This document shows, in pieces, positions 40,835 to 54,399 of a stretch of 64,000 bases of DNA. Every line of letters begins with the position of its first letter. The stretch's first letter is position 1. The DNA lies in contig NC_042997.1 in assembly GCF_006345805.1 (NCBI RefSeq), positions 86,800,001 to 86,864,000 on the forward strand, given 5' to 3'. Below the pieces are notes generated by a model. It saw only the letters and a list, made by a program, of their open reading frames with translations, did no database searches and was not told where the DNA came from. Made by a program: the position numbers and the translations under genes. The DNA comes from Octopus sinensis. Its lineage: Eukaryota.

Positions 40835-41057
40835 GCCCGAGGCTATAGTTTGAAGACGTTTGCGCAAGGAGCCACGCAGTAGGAGTGAACCTAGAACAAG
40901 CTGCTTACCACACAGCCATGCCTGCGCCTATATGTATATAACTTATTGTTTTTTTAACGAATAGCTTGGAGACGGTTTTCCGATCTTGGTGGGAGCTTCC
41001 ACTCTTTTCACAGATCTGGCAACGATGGGCGTTTCTTGTAGCATGTATTCAGAGAGG

Positions 41058-41102
<45 letters not shown>

Positions 41103-41111
41103 GAGAGAGAA

Positions 41112-41179
<68 letters not shown>

Positions 41180-41704
41180 ACTACACATGCTGATACTTAC
41201 CTTCATGTTATCATGGAATTTTTCATGGAGTATTTTGCCTTCTTCAGTTACAGCCAGCCAAAGTAGACACCTCTTAATAGAGATGCTAAAAATCAAGAAA
41301 TGCCAGTGGATGAAGCTTTTTGAAGGGAAGAAAGGCCTGTAGAAGGCCCATCTCATTTTCTATACAACTTATGCCTTTTCCCAAACAGAAGAACTAGTCT
41401 ATATCATTGGATGCGAACAAAGCCGCAGGTGTTACTTCAACGTTTTCCTTCCTCTCGAGAGAATTTTACTAAACATAGACTATGGTTCTCTCACTCCCAG
41501 CTGTCGGATGTCTGTTGACTGCTGAGTTCAACCGTACCCTGCCATGTTTTATTTTTCGTCCTACGGAGTGTCTAACAAAAGCCACCCACAAACAAAGTAG
41601 GTTTGGTAAGGTTGCCGATTTAGTCATCGATGGCCCGACCACGTAGCAGGTTGTACTGAGTTACATGATGTCAGTAACGCTAAGAGTGACTCGACATACG
41701 TACA

Positions 41705-42370
41705 AGATGATGATTTGTCTCATCGTGTCAGATGATAAAAGCCGTCTCACATGCAGCCTGATTGTCCAGATTTCTTTCAACCTTGTATGTGTGGCGGATA
41801 TCCACCGCTATAGGACTTTTTAAAATACAAAAAAGATCAAGAAATGAAGTGAGACATCTGTACGTCATTGGATTTTAGAGATAAAAGACAAAAAAGCTTG
41901 TACAACACTTTTGTGACTCTCGGTTACGTAGTAGGCGCTAGTGACGAGCGCTGCAAGATGGCTGGTACTATTATTTTATATCAGAGTATCTTTCTCCGAG
42001 AAGAGCAGCCTTCTCCACGACTTTGTCAAAAATAACAAGAGCCACATACATACATACATACATACATACATACATACATACATACATACATACATACATA
42101 CATACATACATACATACTTGATGATTACCCCATCTTGTAAGATGATAGCCGTGTCACATTATAGTAAGACATCTGTATGTCATTGGATTTCAGAGCTAAG
42201 AGAATAAAGCTTGTACAACACTTTCTCCATTCTATCGATCATTTATCAGGAGATTCATGTGACAAGCATTGCAAGATCACAGGTACTATTTTGACTGAAA
42301 GTTTTATGTCAGAATATCTTTCTCCTAGAAGAGCTGCGTTCCCAACGGCTTTGTCAAAAATGACGAGTGC
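41705..42370 (-). repeat. Two diverged direct copies of a coding-like relic, separated by (CATA)n
   Basis: ~41705-42045 and ~42120-42370 align; minus-strand peptides [23 protein letters not shown] and [23 protein letters not shown]. Confidence 0.7.
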
Positions 42371-42557
42371 CTACTCTGCCCCTTGGAAGTCTATTTTATC
42401 GATAGACAGGAGCCTGACATGTACTACCATTCTTGGTCACAATCGACTCGGGAGTAATGGCAATAAAGGTGTGACTCTACGCTTCTCGCAACTTCAGAAC
42501 ACCCGAACTGGAGCCTCACCACTGAATGCAGCTTAATGTCAGACCCAGGATAAACAT

Positions 42558-42617
<60 letters not shown>

Positions 42618-43925
42618 CGCATACATACAGACAAACATGCATACATACATACATACATGCATACATACATACATACATACATACATACATCGTATATGTA
42701 CACCAAAAAAAAAAGGGAGTATTTACTATTTGAAATACAATAATTTTATACTACAGTGTTACCCGTTATATGACAGATAACTTTAGAAGTATAGGTAATA
42801 TCGAGAAATATGGCGCACGTACAATGATTATAATTTCACTTTCAAATTTTCATGCGTTTATACAAAATGATGAAATGAATATCAATTTTTAAAAGGAAAT
42901 TATTACCTTCAAATAAAAGTAAATCCTCGTCCTCCACCTCCTCTTCCTCCCCCTTCCTGGTTCTCCTCTTCCTCCTCTTTAAATATTTCTCTTTCACTGT
43001 GCGTGCATGTGTAGAATCGGTTCACTCATTGCGTGCCACGAAGCCTAGCATGTGCCTCATCCTGCATCTCTCATGTTAAATTTCTCTGTATCCCGCTTTT
43101 ACTCTCTCTTTCTCTCTCTCTCTTCTCTTTGCAGAGGACGTGAAGAGTGATCCTAGAAACCAGCCAGCCAGCCCGCCCGCCAACCAAGCAGCCAACCAAC
43201 TAACCAACCAACTGACCAGCCGACATTTATATCGGTTATCATTATATAGAATTAAGGATCGTATGAAGAAAACAGGTTACATGTATATCAGGTTTGTTTA
43301 AGTCACCGTTGTCTTACGTTTATCAGATTTGCCTGTTTGGATCTGAAGCTCCCTCTGAAAATGGCTGCAGAGGAGCTAATAGTTATGTATGTATGTATGT
43401 ATGTATGTATGTATGTATGTATGTAGTATGTATGTATGTATGTATGTATGTACGCACATACCTATAAATATATATTTGTGCGGGTAAACTCAGAGGTTAT
43501 TCAATGATTATTGCGTACGTACTTACGCAAGCTTATCAACTTTCTCGCATCATGCAGGAATTTCCAGCATTTGCTATCGTTTCATGCATTCACACATTTC
43601 GCCATAAAATTTCCACATTTTAGAAACGCCTGTATTTACGATATTTTATCGTGTTTCACTGCTTCCTTTTTCGAAGTGTAACCAACGATATCCAACAATC
43701 TTTGATTTGGACTGTTTCGTTCCGAAATGGCTTGGTTTAAACTATCCTCTTTTTAATGTAAACAAGGTCCTCTTTTAAATCACGTTTTGTTGTCTTCTAC
43801 TTCATATTGATGTTTTCTTTGCTTCATCCATATTTAGAGTCTGATTTCGTTTCGAGGCAGGGGACTTTTGCATTCATCTGTTTTACTTTTTCTGGCAATA
43901 GTGCAAAACAAAAGAAGCAGTTAGA

Positions 43926-44672
43926 AGAGATTTTCTAACTAGCTAATTTGCTTGTTGCAAGATCAATGATTATGTGTCACTTGATTTCTATATATTGGAA
44001 GCTGGAGTGAACTACTACTGTCTCTAGTGGACGACTAAGAGCAAGAAGGGGTTGGAGAGGAGGACCCCGTCACTGAGTGAATACGGGAAACGATGGAAGG
44101 ATGTAATGAAAAAGGCGAGTGTCAGTAACCCAGCTTAATCATTGATGAAAGGAAAAGATAGTTGCTGGGCTAGGCTGCCGGGTTCGATCTTTTTGAACTT
44201 TTATTCGTTTTCTTTCTTTGTTTTCGTTTAAAAAAAGTTCTAGTTAAAGGTAAAAATTAATCGTTACATAAAATATTTTTTAAGTAAATTTTTTTAACTT
44301 AATGCTCATTCGAACTCATTTAACATTTTTGAATTTGTTTGTCTTGTAATATACTTTTCTATGTACGATAAGATTTTATCTCAAGCGGACGAGTATCCAC
44401 CATTGAGGATGACCACAAAAGGGTCGAAACCGTACAGTCTGGTAGTCACGTAGCTGGAAGATGGTAAGGAGTTCACTCTCCTGCTTGCAATATGTATCGG
44501 GTGCAGATTGCATCGAATAACCAGCTGGAGGAGGCGTCCTCTTGGAGTTAAAAATAGCAGTAACGTCGGTTTCTACAGAACAGCCATGTTTAAGTGGTGA
44601 TAAACATTATTTTTCAATATACTTACCACTTCCATCTCTAATAGAGATTTTCTAACTAGCTAATTTGCTTGT
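43926..44672 (+). mobile_element. 687 bp segment flanked by a perfect 30 bp direct repeat, containing a decayed hammerhead-like motif
   Basis: AGAGATTTTCTAACTAGCTAATTTGCTTGT at 43926-43955 and 44643-44672; TTGAGGA-T-GACC..GGTC-GAAA-CCGT at ~44403-44434. Confidence 0.6.
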
Positions 44673-45931
44673 AACTAAAGTATTGTTTTTTTTTCATGAA
44701 ACAAGTGTCACTAAATAACTGACTTTAAAGATTTATTTCTTAAAGCCTGACAAAAGAAATCTGTGTCAGGCTTCAGAAAAATGAAACCACGTCTGCAAAA
44801 CTGTTGATTTGACATAAGCGGTTAAAATGTTCAGCAATCTGTTGTTAGTCTATATCAATACTTTTTATGACACTGTTCTACACATAAACCGCAGTATCAT
44901 TATAAGAATGTATGTGTGTAGATATGTGTTTATGAGTGTGTGGTGTGTGTGTGTGTGTGTGTGGATAAATGTGAGTTCATATTGGCGTATCTATAATTTT
45001 GCATTACTACGTTTGTTAGCAAAGACTTTGTGTTTCTGTGTGTGTGTGTGTGTTTCTGTGTGTGTGTGTGTGTGTGTGTGTGAGAAAGAGAGAGTGTGTG
45101 TGTGTACATACATATGCATACGTATATGCATGCATAGATACATGCATAAAAACATACATACATGTATATGTGTTTGTATACACACATACATCTACATGCA
45201 TGTATGTATGTATGTATGTATGTATGTATGTATGTATGTATGTATGTATGTATGTATGTATGTATGTGTGTGTGTTTGCATGTATGTATGTATGTATGTA
45301 TGTATTGTATGTATGTATGTATGTATGTACGTGTGTGTTAGCAGCACGGTACTGTGTTCCAAATTCGTTTCATGTCCACAAGGTTGCAAATTCGCTATCA
45401 CTGTGTACCACACTGACAAGCGTCTTCTGCCTTACCTTTAGGTCATTCCAATTCGTGTGAAGGGAAAATCTTTGGAAACTGTATGAAGTTCATCAGAGGA
45501 ACAGAACGTGCCTCATACAACATCAAGCTGAGGGTTTGTGTTAGTGTACTACTCATCTACTTGTTATCTCCCTTGTTTCCTCATTCATAGAATACTGCTG
45601 GTAATTCTTTTTCCCCTGTCAACGTATCTAATCCTAATGTGGGGTTATTCTAATACTGAAAAAACTGGATATAATCAATTCCACCTTTTTCTTTCAAAAT
45701 CTATAATTCGCGAGTTCATCGAAATGAACCTAAAATGTATTTATATGTATATGTAGTATACATATATATGTATATATAGTATACACACACGGGTGTGTTT
45801 GTGTAGGGCAATATGTTACATCATACACACATGTACACATATACATGCATAAACGATTTTCGAATAAATGTTATATTGCTGCCTTATGTGTGGGCGTGTG
45901 TATATACGATGTGACACACACTCATGTACAA

Positions 45932-45973
<42 letters not shown>

Positions 45974-46080
45974 TAACTAAAGCAGGTTTTTAATATTTTC
46001 ACATTTGAAAATCTGGTGCACAGTGTATCTATACGTATGAGTGTAATCGTGTGTGTGTATATATATATATTATATATATA

Positions 46081-46128
<48 letters not shown>

Positions 46129-46180
46129 CATGTGTGTGTATATACATATAAATATACATGCATATATACATACACACACA

Positions 46181-46671
46181 TCTATTATATAAAATCCGTT
46201 CTGTCTGTCTGTGTTTGTGTCTTCTAGGATCTCGAGCATCCCCCAGCTGATTGCGCTCAAATTTGATACCGATGTAGATACCGACGGTATGAGGGCGTGT
46301 ATAAGTCATGAAAAAATTACAAAAATCGATTCCAGGTGAGAATGCGATCGATAAAGTCGTTTTTGTCCTGCTTTTCTTCCGTCAACCCGTACATAACTGC
46401 ACCTTCCATTTTTCTTGTTTTTGTACAGCTTAAAGGCACTTTAAACACTTCGGTTGCATATTTGTGTGAATAAAATCGTTTTTCTTTGGAATAGAAAAAA
46501 GTCTATCTTTATTTCTTTTTTTGCTGGTGTCTCAAATTTAGGTTAAATCAGTGTTTCTCAAAGGGGAGGCCTATAGGACGGTTGGACAAGTTGTTTTGAG
46601 AAAATTTGGTTTAAATGTTTGACAACTCAGCACCGTCCATTGGACGGCGGGGGGTGGGGGCGTTTTGCTCG
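46181..46671 (+). mobile_element. Non-autonomous Helitron
   Basis: A|TC start (tctattatataaaatccgttctgtctg); 3' hairpin CCGTCCATTGGACGG; CTCG|T end (decayed CTAG). Confidence 0.75.
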
Positions 46672-46683
46672 TATATGTACATA

Positions 46684-47092
46684 TCTAGTATATAAATCCC
46701 GTTCTGTCTGTTTTTTGTGCGCTTATAACTCGAGTATTGTTCATCCGATCACGCTGAAATTTTAAACATGGATACACGAGAGAGCGGGGCGTTCCGTAAT
46801 CTAAAAAGATCTTCAAAATTGTCAGTTTCAAAGTGAGAATTTTTGTAATGTTTGCCTGTCCATCACATGATTAAAACTTCCATTTTTATTTTTATTCGAA
46901 ACTACTGTTGTTCTTACCATTACGTCAGTGAAAATCAAAATAAAATACTTAAAGCAACTATCCTTATTGAGAAAAAAACAGTCAAAAGTAACCACCACAT
47001 ACAATCACCAAACATCTCCATTACTTAACACCGTCCACGTTAACCCTCTTCACCTATACAAACCGTCCAATAGACGAGGGGGGATTTGCTAG
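46684..47092 (+). mobile_element. Non-autonomous Helitron sharing termini with 46181
   Basis: A|TC start (tctagtatataaatcccgttctgtctg); ccgtccaatagacg hairpin; CTAG|T end. Confidence 0.8.
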
Positions 47093-47106
47093 TATATATA
47101 TATGCT

Positions 47107-47189
<83 letters not shown>

Positions 47190-47192
<3 letters not shown>

Positions 47193-48500
47193 AAGGGAAA
47201 GTTTACGAAAATAAACAAAAGACGAAGGCAGGTGGAGTACAAACAAACAAATGTATTAGTATAGCGCTCAGGAATAGAAAAAGTCTTTTACGTTTCGAGC
47301 CTACGCTCTTCGACAGAAAGATACACAGAAAAAAACAAGGAGACAGGAAAGTGTGGAAAGTATGAAATGAATGTAAAAAAATATAATATATGAGAAAAAT
47401 ATGATATACATACACACACACATATATATACATATACTCATACATACATACACACACACATACATACATACATGCATGCATATATACATTAATTGACTAA
47501 TTAATGACAAGAGAGCAGGAGTCACGTCGTCATGTTTGTTACCTTACTGCTGTTTCTGCCATATGAAGATTCTTATAGCCGAAACAGATGTTAATCACGT
47601 GAGTACGTGATACTTGTCATTCATTAATTAAGTCTATCAACTTTCTAGATATCTCTGTGTCAGTTAAGTACCCTCACCGCCATCTCACTACTATCACAGC
47701 CTTCTATAAACCCACCCTCTCTCCTATCTTGAATTTTCCACCCTTCTCACACCTCCTAAACCAAATGAGCCAATCTTTACTCTCAATTCTTCCATCACCA
47801 CTGTCATTGCAGCCGCGACCACGACTTTGAGACCCAAACATAGTCACTTCATTCAACTAGGTTTACCACAACTCTACTGGAAGCCGCCCTCACAAGAGCC
47901 CACCTCTCTGCGTCCGTTTCACGCCTAATCACACCCCCTTTCCTTTCATTTACTACCTCTCCATCGTAATATCCTATTGGGCCTTCCGTCTTCACCCTAC
48001 CAATGTCCCCGTCTTCCTCGATCCACTTCTACTCTCATGCAAGCATGTTTTTAACTTCCGTGACCTTGTCTCTTCCCCTTGTTCCTGGATCCTCCTTTTG
48101 TTCCTGGCTCCGTTTGCACACTTATTCCTTCATCACCAGCATCACTTCCCTTAAAGGACCCAACCACCGGACTTTCCACATTTCTGACTCCTTCACCTTC
48201 ATTTCTACCGGCGTTACCGACTGCATTAACCAACTCTCTAGTAGCCTTGTATATCGGTCAAACCAGTCGCCGTTTAACAGACTGATTCACAGAGTATCTT
48301 CGTGACAGGTTCTGAAGTCAGACTTCGGCCTTTTGCCATTTCTATTCTGCCAACTATTCAACACATTTTGCTACGTTTATCTTGGCCTTACGGAATAGAT
48401 CCGCTAATTCCAAGTTTTGCATGGAGTAGCGATTTATTTTTACCCTTCAATCTTACGTCCCTAACGGACTCAATTCACCACCCATCATCCTCTAACATCC
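47190..48500 (+). mobile_element. Penelope-like element: RT thumb/linker and GIY-YIG relic (~47640-48500, +) with an oppositely oriented pLTR (47190-47345)
   Basis: FYKPT at ~47702; LYIGQTSRRLTD; gene end ...cctaacggactcaattcacc (PNGLNS); hammerhead-shaped motif at 47284-47321 on the minus strand. Confidence 0.85.
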
Positions 48501-48795
48501 CCAACACACATACTGCAAGAACTCGCACATTCACACACACGCGCATGCATACACACACACACACATGCTACCTTTCTTGCGAAACACGCATCTATCCACA
48601 AGCATTCCCATGCACACAAACACCTGCTTCGATACCCTGGTCCGCATACACACTGCTTAAATACAAACACACACACACGTATGCTACAGTTTCACGCATT
48701 TTCACATACGCGTTTCACAGCATATTATCGCGTCACTAGTACATACATGCCCATGTAAGCACACCCACACACATGCACACACACACACATACAAT

Positions 48796-48826
<31 letters not shown>

Positions 48827-49049
48827 ATAATCAACCATTCACAACAAACAACACACCTATATTCGTATCAGAGCACGAACACGCACACACGCACATGCAC
48901 ACTCACACGCGCACACACACACACACACACGCGCGCGCGCGCACACACACACACACAATACGTACTCACACTTACTAGCGCGCACACACACTTACTAGCG
49001 CGCACACACACTTACACACTTACACACAGACAGACAGACAAACAGACAG

Positions 49050-49081
<32 letters not shown>

Positions 49082-49102
49082 GTACGCACACACACACACA
49101 TA

Positions 49103-49135
<33 letters not shown>

Positions 49136-50043
49136 TGTACATACACTGGTCTGCAGCCATGCTGTGGTATCTTATTGAAAGATTTGCTTAGTCGATATTG
49201 TTGACGTGTAGTAAGTCAAGCAGTTATTTAATTGGATCATTCTCTAAGAACCACTAAGTAATTAGAGCGTAAACAAACCAGCATAGGTTATTAAGCGGTG
49301 ACAGACAAATGCAAAACCGAATGCACGCATACACTCATATATACATACACACACGCACATGCTCACATATTTATACATAAAAAACAGGATCGAAGACCAT
49401 ACTTTTCAGTCTACAAAGTTCTTTCACATGCCATAGATTGGTCGTGGCACCTACTATGTAGAAACCACTTGCCCAAGGTGACACGCAGTGGGACTAAACC
49501 CGAACCTCATGGTTGCAAAACGTACACTATATATATATATATATAACACGCGCACACACACACACACACACACATATGGAAAGAAGAGGTGTATTCCCAC
49601 GCAGGAAAAAATATGGGAGAATTTGTTTTGGGGTTTGAAAATGCACCTGAATTTTAAAAACGTGTAATTGTTTTTAAATAGATTTATTCACATGCATATC
49701 AAACTAGATACAACATTTTTTTGTTTATCAATGGTACAAATATATATATATAAAACAAGGGGATTTTAACAGAGTTTAGATTTACGAAGTTGATGGCGGG
49801 ACAAACAATCAAATGATTAAATGTTCACATAAAATTCGATGAGTTTCACAGGGATAGATAATATCAAAGTAAATATTTGGCGAAGATTATAACAAATGTA
49901 CATTATTGAAAGTTCGGACATATTGAGTTTTTATAGAATATGTGGACGAGAGAGAAAGGGAAGAGTACAAAAAGTTATTTTTTTTACAATTTCTTTCATC
50001 GTGTGTGTAGTCCTTTTTTGCCCTTCGCGTACTAATCTCTTCA

Positions 50044-50128
<85 letters not shown>

Positions 50129-51439
50129 TGTGTGTGTTGTGTGTGTGTGTGTGTGTGTGTATGTTTGTGTGTATTGACTTGGGCATCTCTCAGTCACTAC
50201 TCTGAGTTTCACGGTTTCTGTGAAATGGAAAGAAAATGTTAAAACTAGTGGCAACGTAGGGAAACTTCCACATCGAACGAATGAATATAACCTACTCGTA
50301 CATGTATTTTGCACTTTTTCCAACCATTTGGTCAATCGAATGCATACGTGTGTGTGTTGTGTGTGTGTGTGTGTGTGTTGTGTGTTACTTCAAATTTTTT
50401 TTCCCACGAGAACAATCCAGAGAAATAGAAGCATTATCATTTCTAAGTCTCTCAACGAGAGACGTTCAGTAACAATACTCTAAAGTAAAGATTATTTGCC
50501 AACATAATGTGACAGTCCCGTTTGGGACGAATGTTACTGTTATTTAACCCCAGGAAACATCGTCTCCGGCTGGCTATACGACACACTATTTATGTTCTTA
50601 TATTTTCGAACAGGAGACTTTAGCATCTCCAATCAGTACAAAGCAATATGTGGACCGCGGTTTCTGAGTTATTGCTCTTTCTTGGCACTGAATAACTGCT
50701 TGGCAGAGAATGGCACTGCTAAATTCCTGTTCGAAAAAATATATAATTTTCAAAGTGATACACAGTCACTGATCTAAAATTATGATTATAATTCAATTTC
50801 TATAAAGAGGCAGACTGCCAAATTTGAAGTGAGTCTGATAAGCAGCCCGCACAAATCGCTCGGTCCTCGAATCACTTTGTGACTTCTGTCGATTAAGATA
50901 ACACACGTATACACACAACTACAACCATATACACACATATGTACATTGTGTGTGTGTGTGTATGTGTGTGTGTGTGTGTTTGTAGATAGATAGAGAGAAA
51001 GACTGGCAGGTTATAGCGTTAGTCTTTGTGTGTGTGTATTTTTGTACGTCTGTGCGTGTGAGTTAGAGATAGACTGGCAGGTTATAGTGCTAGTCTTTAT
51101 GTGTATGTATAATTGTGCGTGTGTGTGTGTGTATGTGTCTGTGAGTGAGAGAGGGAGGGAGATGGAGATAGAGAAAGTGAAACACGACTGACCGAGTGAT
51201 GGCACGTGCCAAACAGTACACCAACTCTATTTGGCTGAATGTGTTTTGTCACCCGAGATCAGTTTCTCTCTCCCTTACCAGTCATTCCACTCCTCTCCTG
51301 TCTAACCGCCCACCAGCTACCTCTCCTCCCTTCCACCACCACCACTACAAGCTATACAGCTACTACATACACCCTATACCTACGACATCCGCCTTCTCCC
51401 TCTCCATTTCGGTCAAATAGCCAGCAGACATACCACCTT

Positions 51440-52114
51440 TGTCTCATCAGCGTTGTCGTCGTCGTTGTCGCCATCACCACCATTACCCTCATCCTCCTCC
51501 TCCTCCTCCCCACCACCACCACCACCACCACCACTACCACCACTATGATCAGCCCCACAACTATCACCGTCGACATCATCTTCAGTAATCGGTTATCTTC
51601 TTCTTCTTCTTCTTCTTCTTCTCCTCCTCCTCCTCCTCCTCCTCCTCCTCCCCCTCCTTCACCAGCTACGTTGTTGATGCTGTCTTTCAGATCTATGGTG
51701 GAACGCTTTTGTTATAACCAGCCAAAACCGTCCCCCACCCCACCGCCCACAAACCAAATCCTTAAAAACCACCCTTAGCATCCCACCCTTCACCTCTGAA
51801 CGCTTCCAGCCCACCCTCTTCCACCTATTGTCGCCGTACATCTGCACGCTAAAGAAGCGAAACACATTGTAATATTCGCCCCCACCCATTCCCGCCCACC
51901 GTCACTATTACCACCACCGCCGCTACCACCACCGCCGCCGCCACCGCCACCGCCGCCACCGCCGCCACCGTCACCACCGCTACCATCGCCACCACTGCAG
52001 CCGTCACCACCACCACCAGCACCACCACCGTCGCCACAACCGCCACCGCCGTCGCCGCCGTCGCAGCCGCCACCACTAACACCACCACCACCACCACAGC
52101 AATTACCTCATAAT

Positions 52115-52156
<42 letters not shown>

Positions 52157-52270
52157 ACACGTAGCACCACAACAGACTAAATATGACTATAACACGCATC
52201 ATGGCTATGATCACGATCATCATCACCATCACTACATCACCATCACCATCACCATCACCACTATAACAAT
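51440..52270. repeat. Compound trinucleotide low-complexity region (CAC, TTC, CTC, GCC/ACC, ACT, CAT)
   Basis: Direct reading. Confidence 0.9.
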
Positions 52271-52710
52271 AGCATTCAAATTCCCACCCCCACCTACTTC
52301 ACCTCCGAAATAAAACAGAAGACAATAGTTAGAACCACAAAACAGCAGCAGTAGTAGTAGCAGCAACAATGTAAGCATAGTGGTGGAGATACTAAAAATA
52401 TGTAAGGTGGCAAGTAATGTAATTTAGTTGCACCATCAATCTACCACAACAGACGACCAGGAAAGCTGTTTACCAGCGGCTCTCAACAATTTTTTTGTTT
52501 CTTAATCAATGGATCCCTTTGACAACTATTTTATCCTCGTGGACTCCTAAAGCTATTCGATGTTTAAAAAAACTAATTTTATAGATACATCTTTCAAAAT
52601 TCTCATTTTGTTTTTCCTCATGTTCACTTATGCAGGTTTGCAATATCACTCTCTGAGAGAACAGTGGCTGTTTCAGTGGCTGGAAACATGTTGAACTCTT
52701 TTTCCTTTCT

Positions 52711-52899
52711 TTTCTTTTACTTGTTTCAGTCATTTGACTGCGGCCTTGCTGGAGCACCGCCTTTAGTCGAGCAAATCGACCCCAGGACTTATTCTTTGCA
52801 AGCCTAGTACTTATTCTATTAGTCCCTTTTGCCGAACCGCTAGGTTACGGGGACCTAAACACACCAGCATCGGTTGTCAAGCGATGTTGGGGGGGGGGA

Positions 52900-52950
<51 letters not shown>

Positions 52951-53126
52951 CACATATATACATATACATATATACGACGGGAAACTTTCAGTTTCCGGCT
53001 ACCAAATCCACTCACAAGGCTTTGGTCGGCCCGAGGCTATGGTAGAAGACACTTGCCCAATGTGCCACGCAGTGCCATTGAACCCGGAACCATGTGGTTC
53101 ATAAGCAAGCTACTTACCACACAGCC
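52711..53126 (-). mobile_element. Near-complete CORE-like tRNA SINE (family B)
   Basis: Reverse complement of the 57657 copy. Confidence 0.85.
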
Positions 53127-53585
53127 TCTCAGAAACCTAGTTGTTTCTTGCAATAATTGCATTTAAAGTTAAGTCTTCATGAAGTCTCACTGTGGATCCC
53201 CACTTTACTATTTTACTATTTTGCTTGCGTGGATCCTTAGAAGTCTTATATGGACCCGGGTTGAGAATCGTTGCTCGATATATTATAGGCTCTTTCGTCC
53301 TACAAGAAATCACAGATTAATCTTCCTTATATCTTCCTGTCGTCTTAAAAACAACTCTTCTACAACATGAATATCAGCAACATCAATAACAAAACCTCGA
53401 AGGACACATTGGAGAATTTAACCCAATTTTAAGAAATCTTTCGACGAAATTATAGACCATTCTTGAACAACTTTAATTATTTTCATCCATCAGCGTTGGT
53501 TTTCGATTACTATCGATGTCAGATTTTCTTTTAGAAATGTCGCTGGCGGGGAGATGTATCGCTGCTATCTCTAGCGGTCGAGTGT

Positions 53586-53632
53586 CCATCACCGATAAGA
53601 CCAAAGAAGGTCGAAATCACGTGATCTGGTGG
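53586..53632 (+). ncRNA. Decayed minimal type-I hammerhead-like motif
   Basis: CCAUCA CCGAUAA GACC-aaagaa-GGUC GAAA UCACGUGA UC UGGUGG; stems I and II pair, stem III is palindromic, core has U4C and G8A. Confidence 0.6.
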
Positions 53633-54399
53633 TCTCGGCGCTGTAGAGGGCGGGGATATAAACAAGCGTGCATTCTACACCAAAAGTTTCTCTTATGACA
53701 GCTACTCCAGTATAGTATGTTCTAACAGAACATCCGCATTTAAATGCGGATAAATATTACCTCCCTCCTGGTATTAATAATGCCTCTGTCGCATATATAT
53801 ATTTCTTTTAGATCTTTTAATGGTGTGTTATTTTGGATTATTTCTTCCGGTATTTTGTCCTGCGTGTTAACGATTCTGCCAGCTCGCCGCCTTTTTGTTG
53901 AGAAAAATGAAATGAAAGAATATGAAATGTTAGCAACATTTGTGTGTATAGACATAGTAAAGGGGAAATGAGTCAAATGTTTTAGTGTAAGGATTCATAA
54001 CATTTTTCATTAGTTGAAATAACAAAAAATTCCTTAAGGTGCACTCTTCTGAAAAATCGGAACTGGTGTTAATCAGGACTCATCGGGTCCGACTCTGAAT
54101 ACACTTTACAGAATATTCTAAAATTAAATTATGAATATAATAATAAACATTTTTTAATAAAGTTGAGCCATTCGGATTAAAGTTTGCCTTAGCTTGGATG
54201 TTTGACACCTCTTATAAACTGTGCTGGAGGAAATCAGTAGCGGTTTGTGTCAGCAATATATACTTGAATATACACATGCTGTGGTGGTAGGAGGATGTTG
54301 CTGTTTCACCCATAAAAAAAGGTCTTTTGTCTGAAACATAAGAATTCTTATTTCTCTACGACATACAAACCATGTAAAAAGATTTACTAACTTTGCTTA

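Noticed and set aside
43135-43280. Strong polypyrimidine-CAG acceptor followed by an open frame, and a tgaaga...gaaac motif
   Set aside because: The frame runs into (CCAG/CCAA)n low complexity with no partner exon; the hammerhead-like motif lacks a pairable stem II.
51239-52232. 179-aa and 127-aa ORFs with poly-T/S/P and poly-V/A runs (mucin- or extensin-like)
   Set aside because: Produced by mixed trinucleotide repeats; open on both strands and without exon signals.
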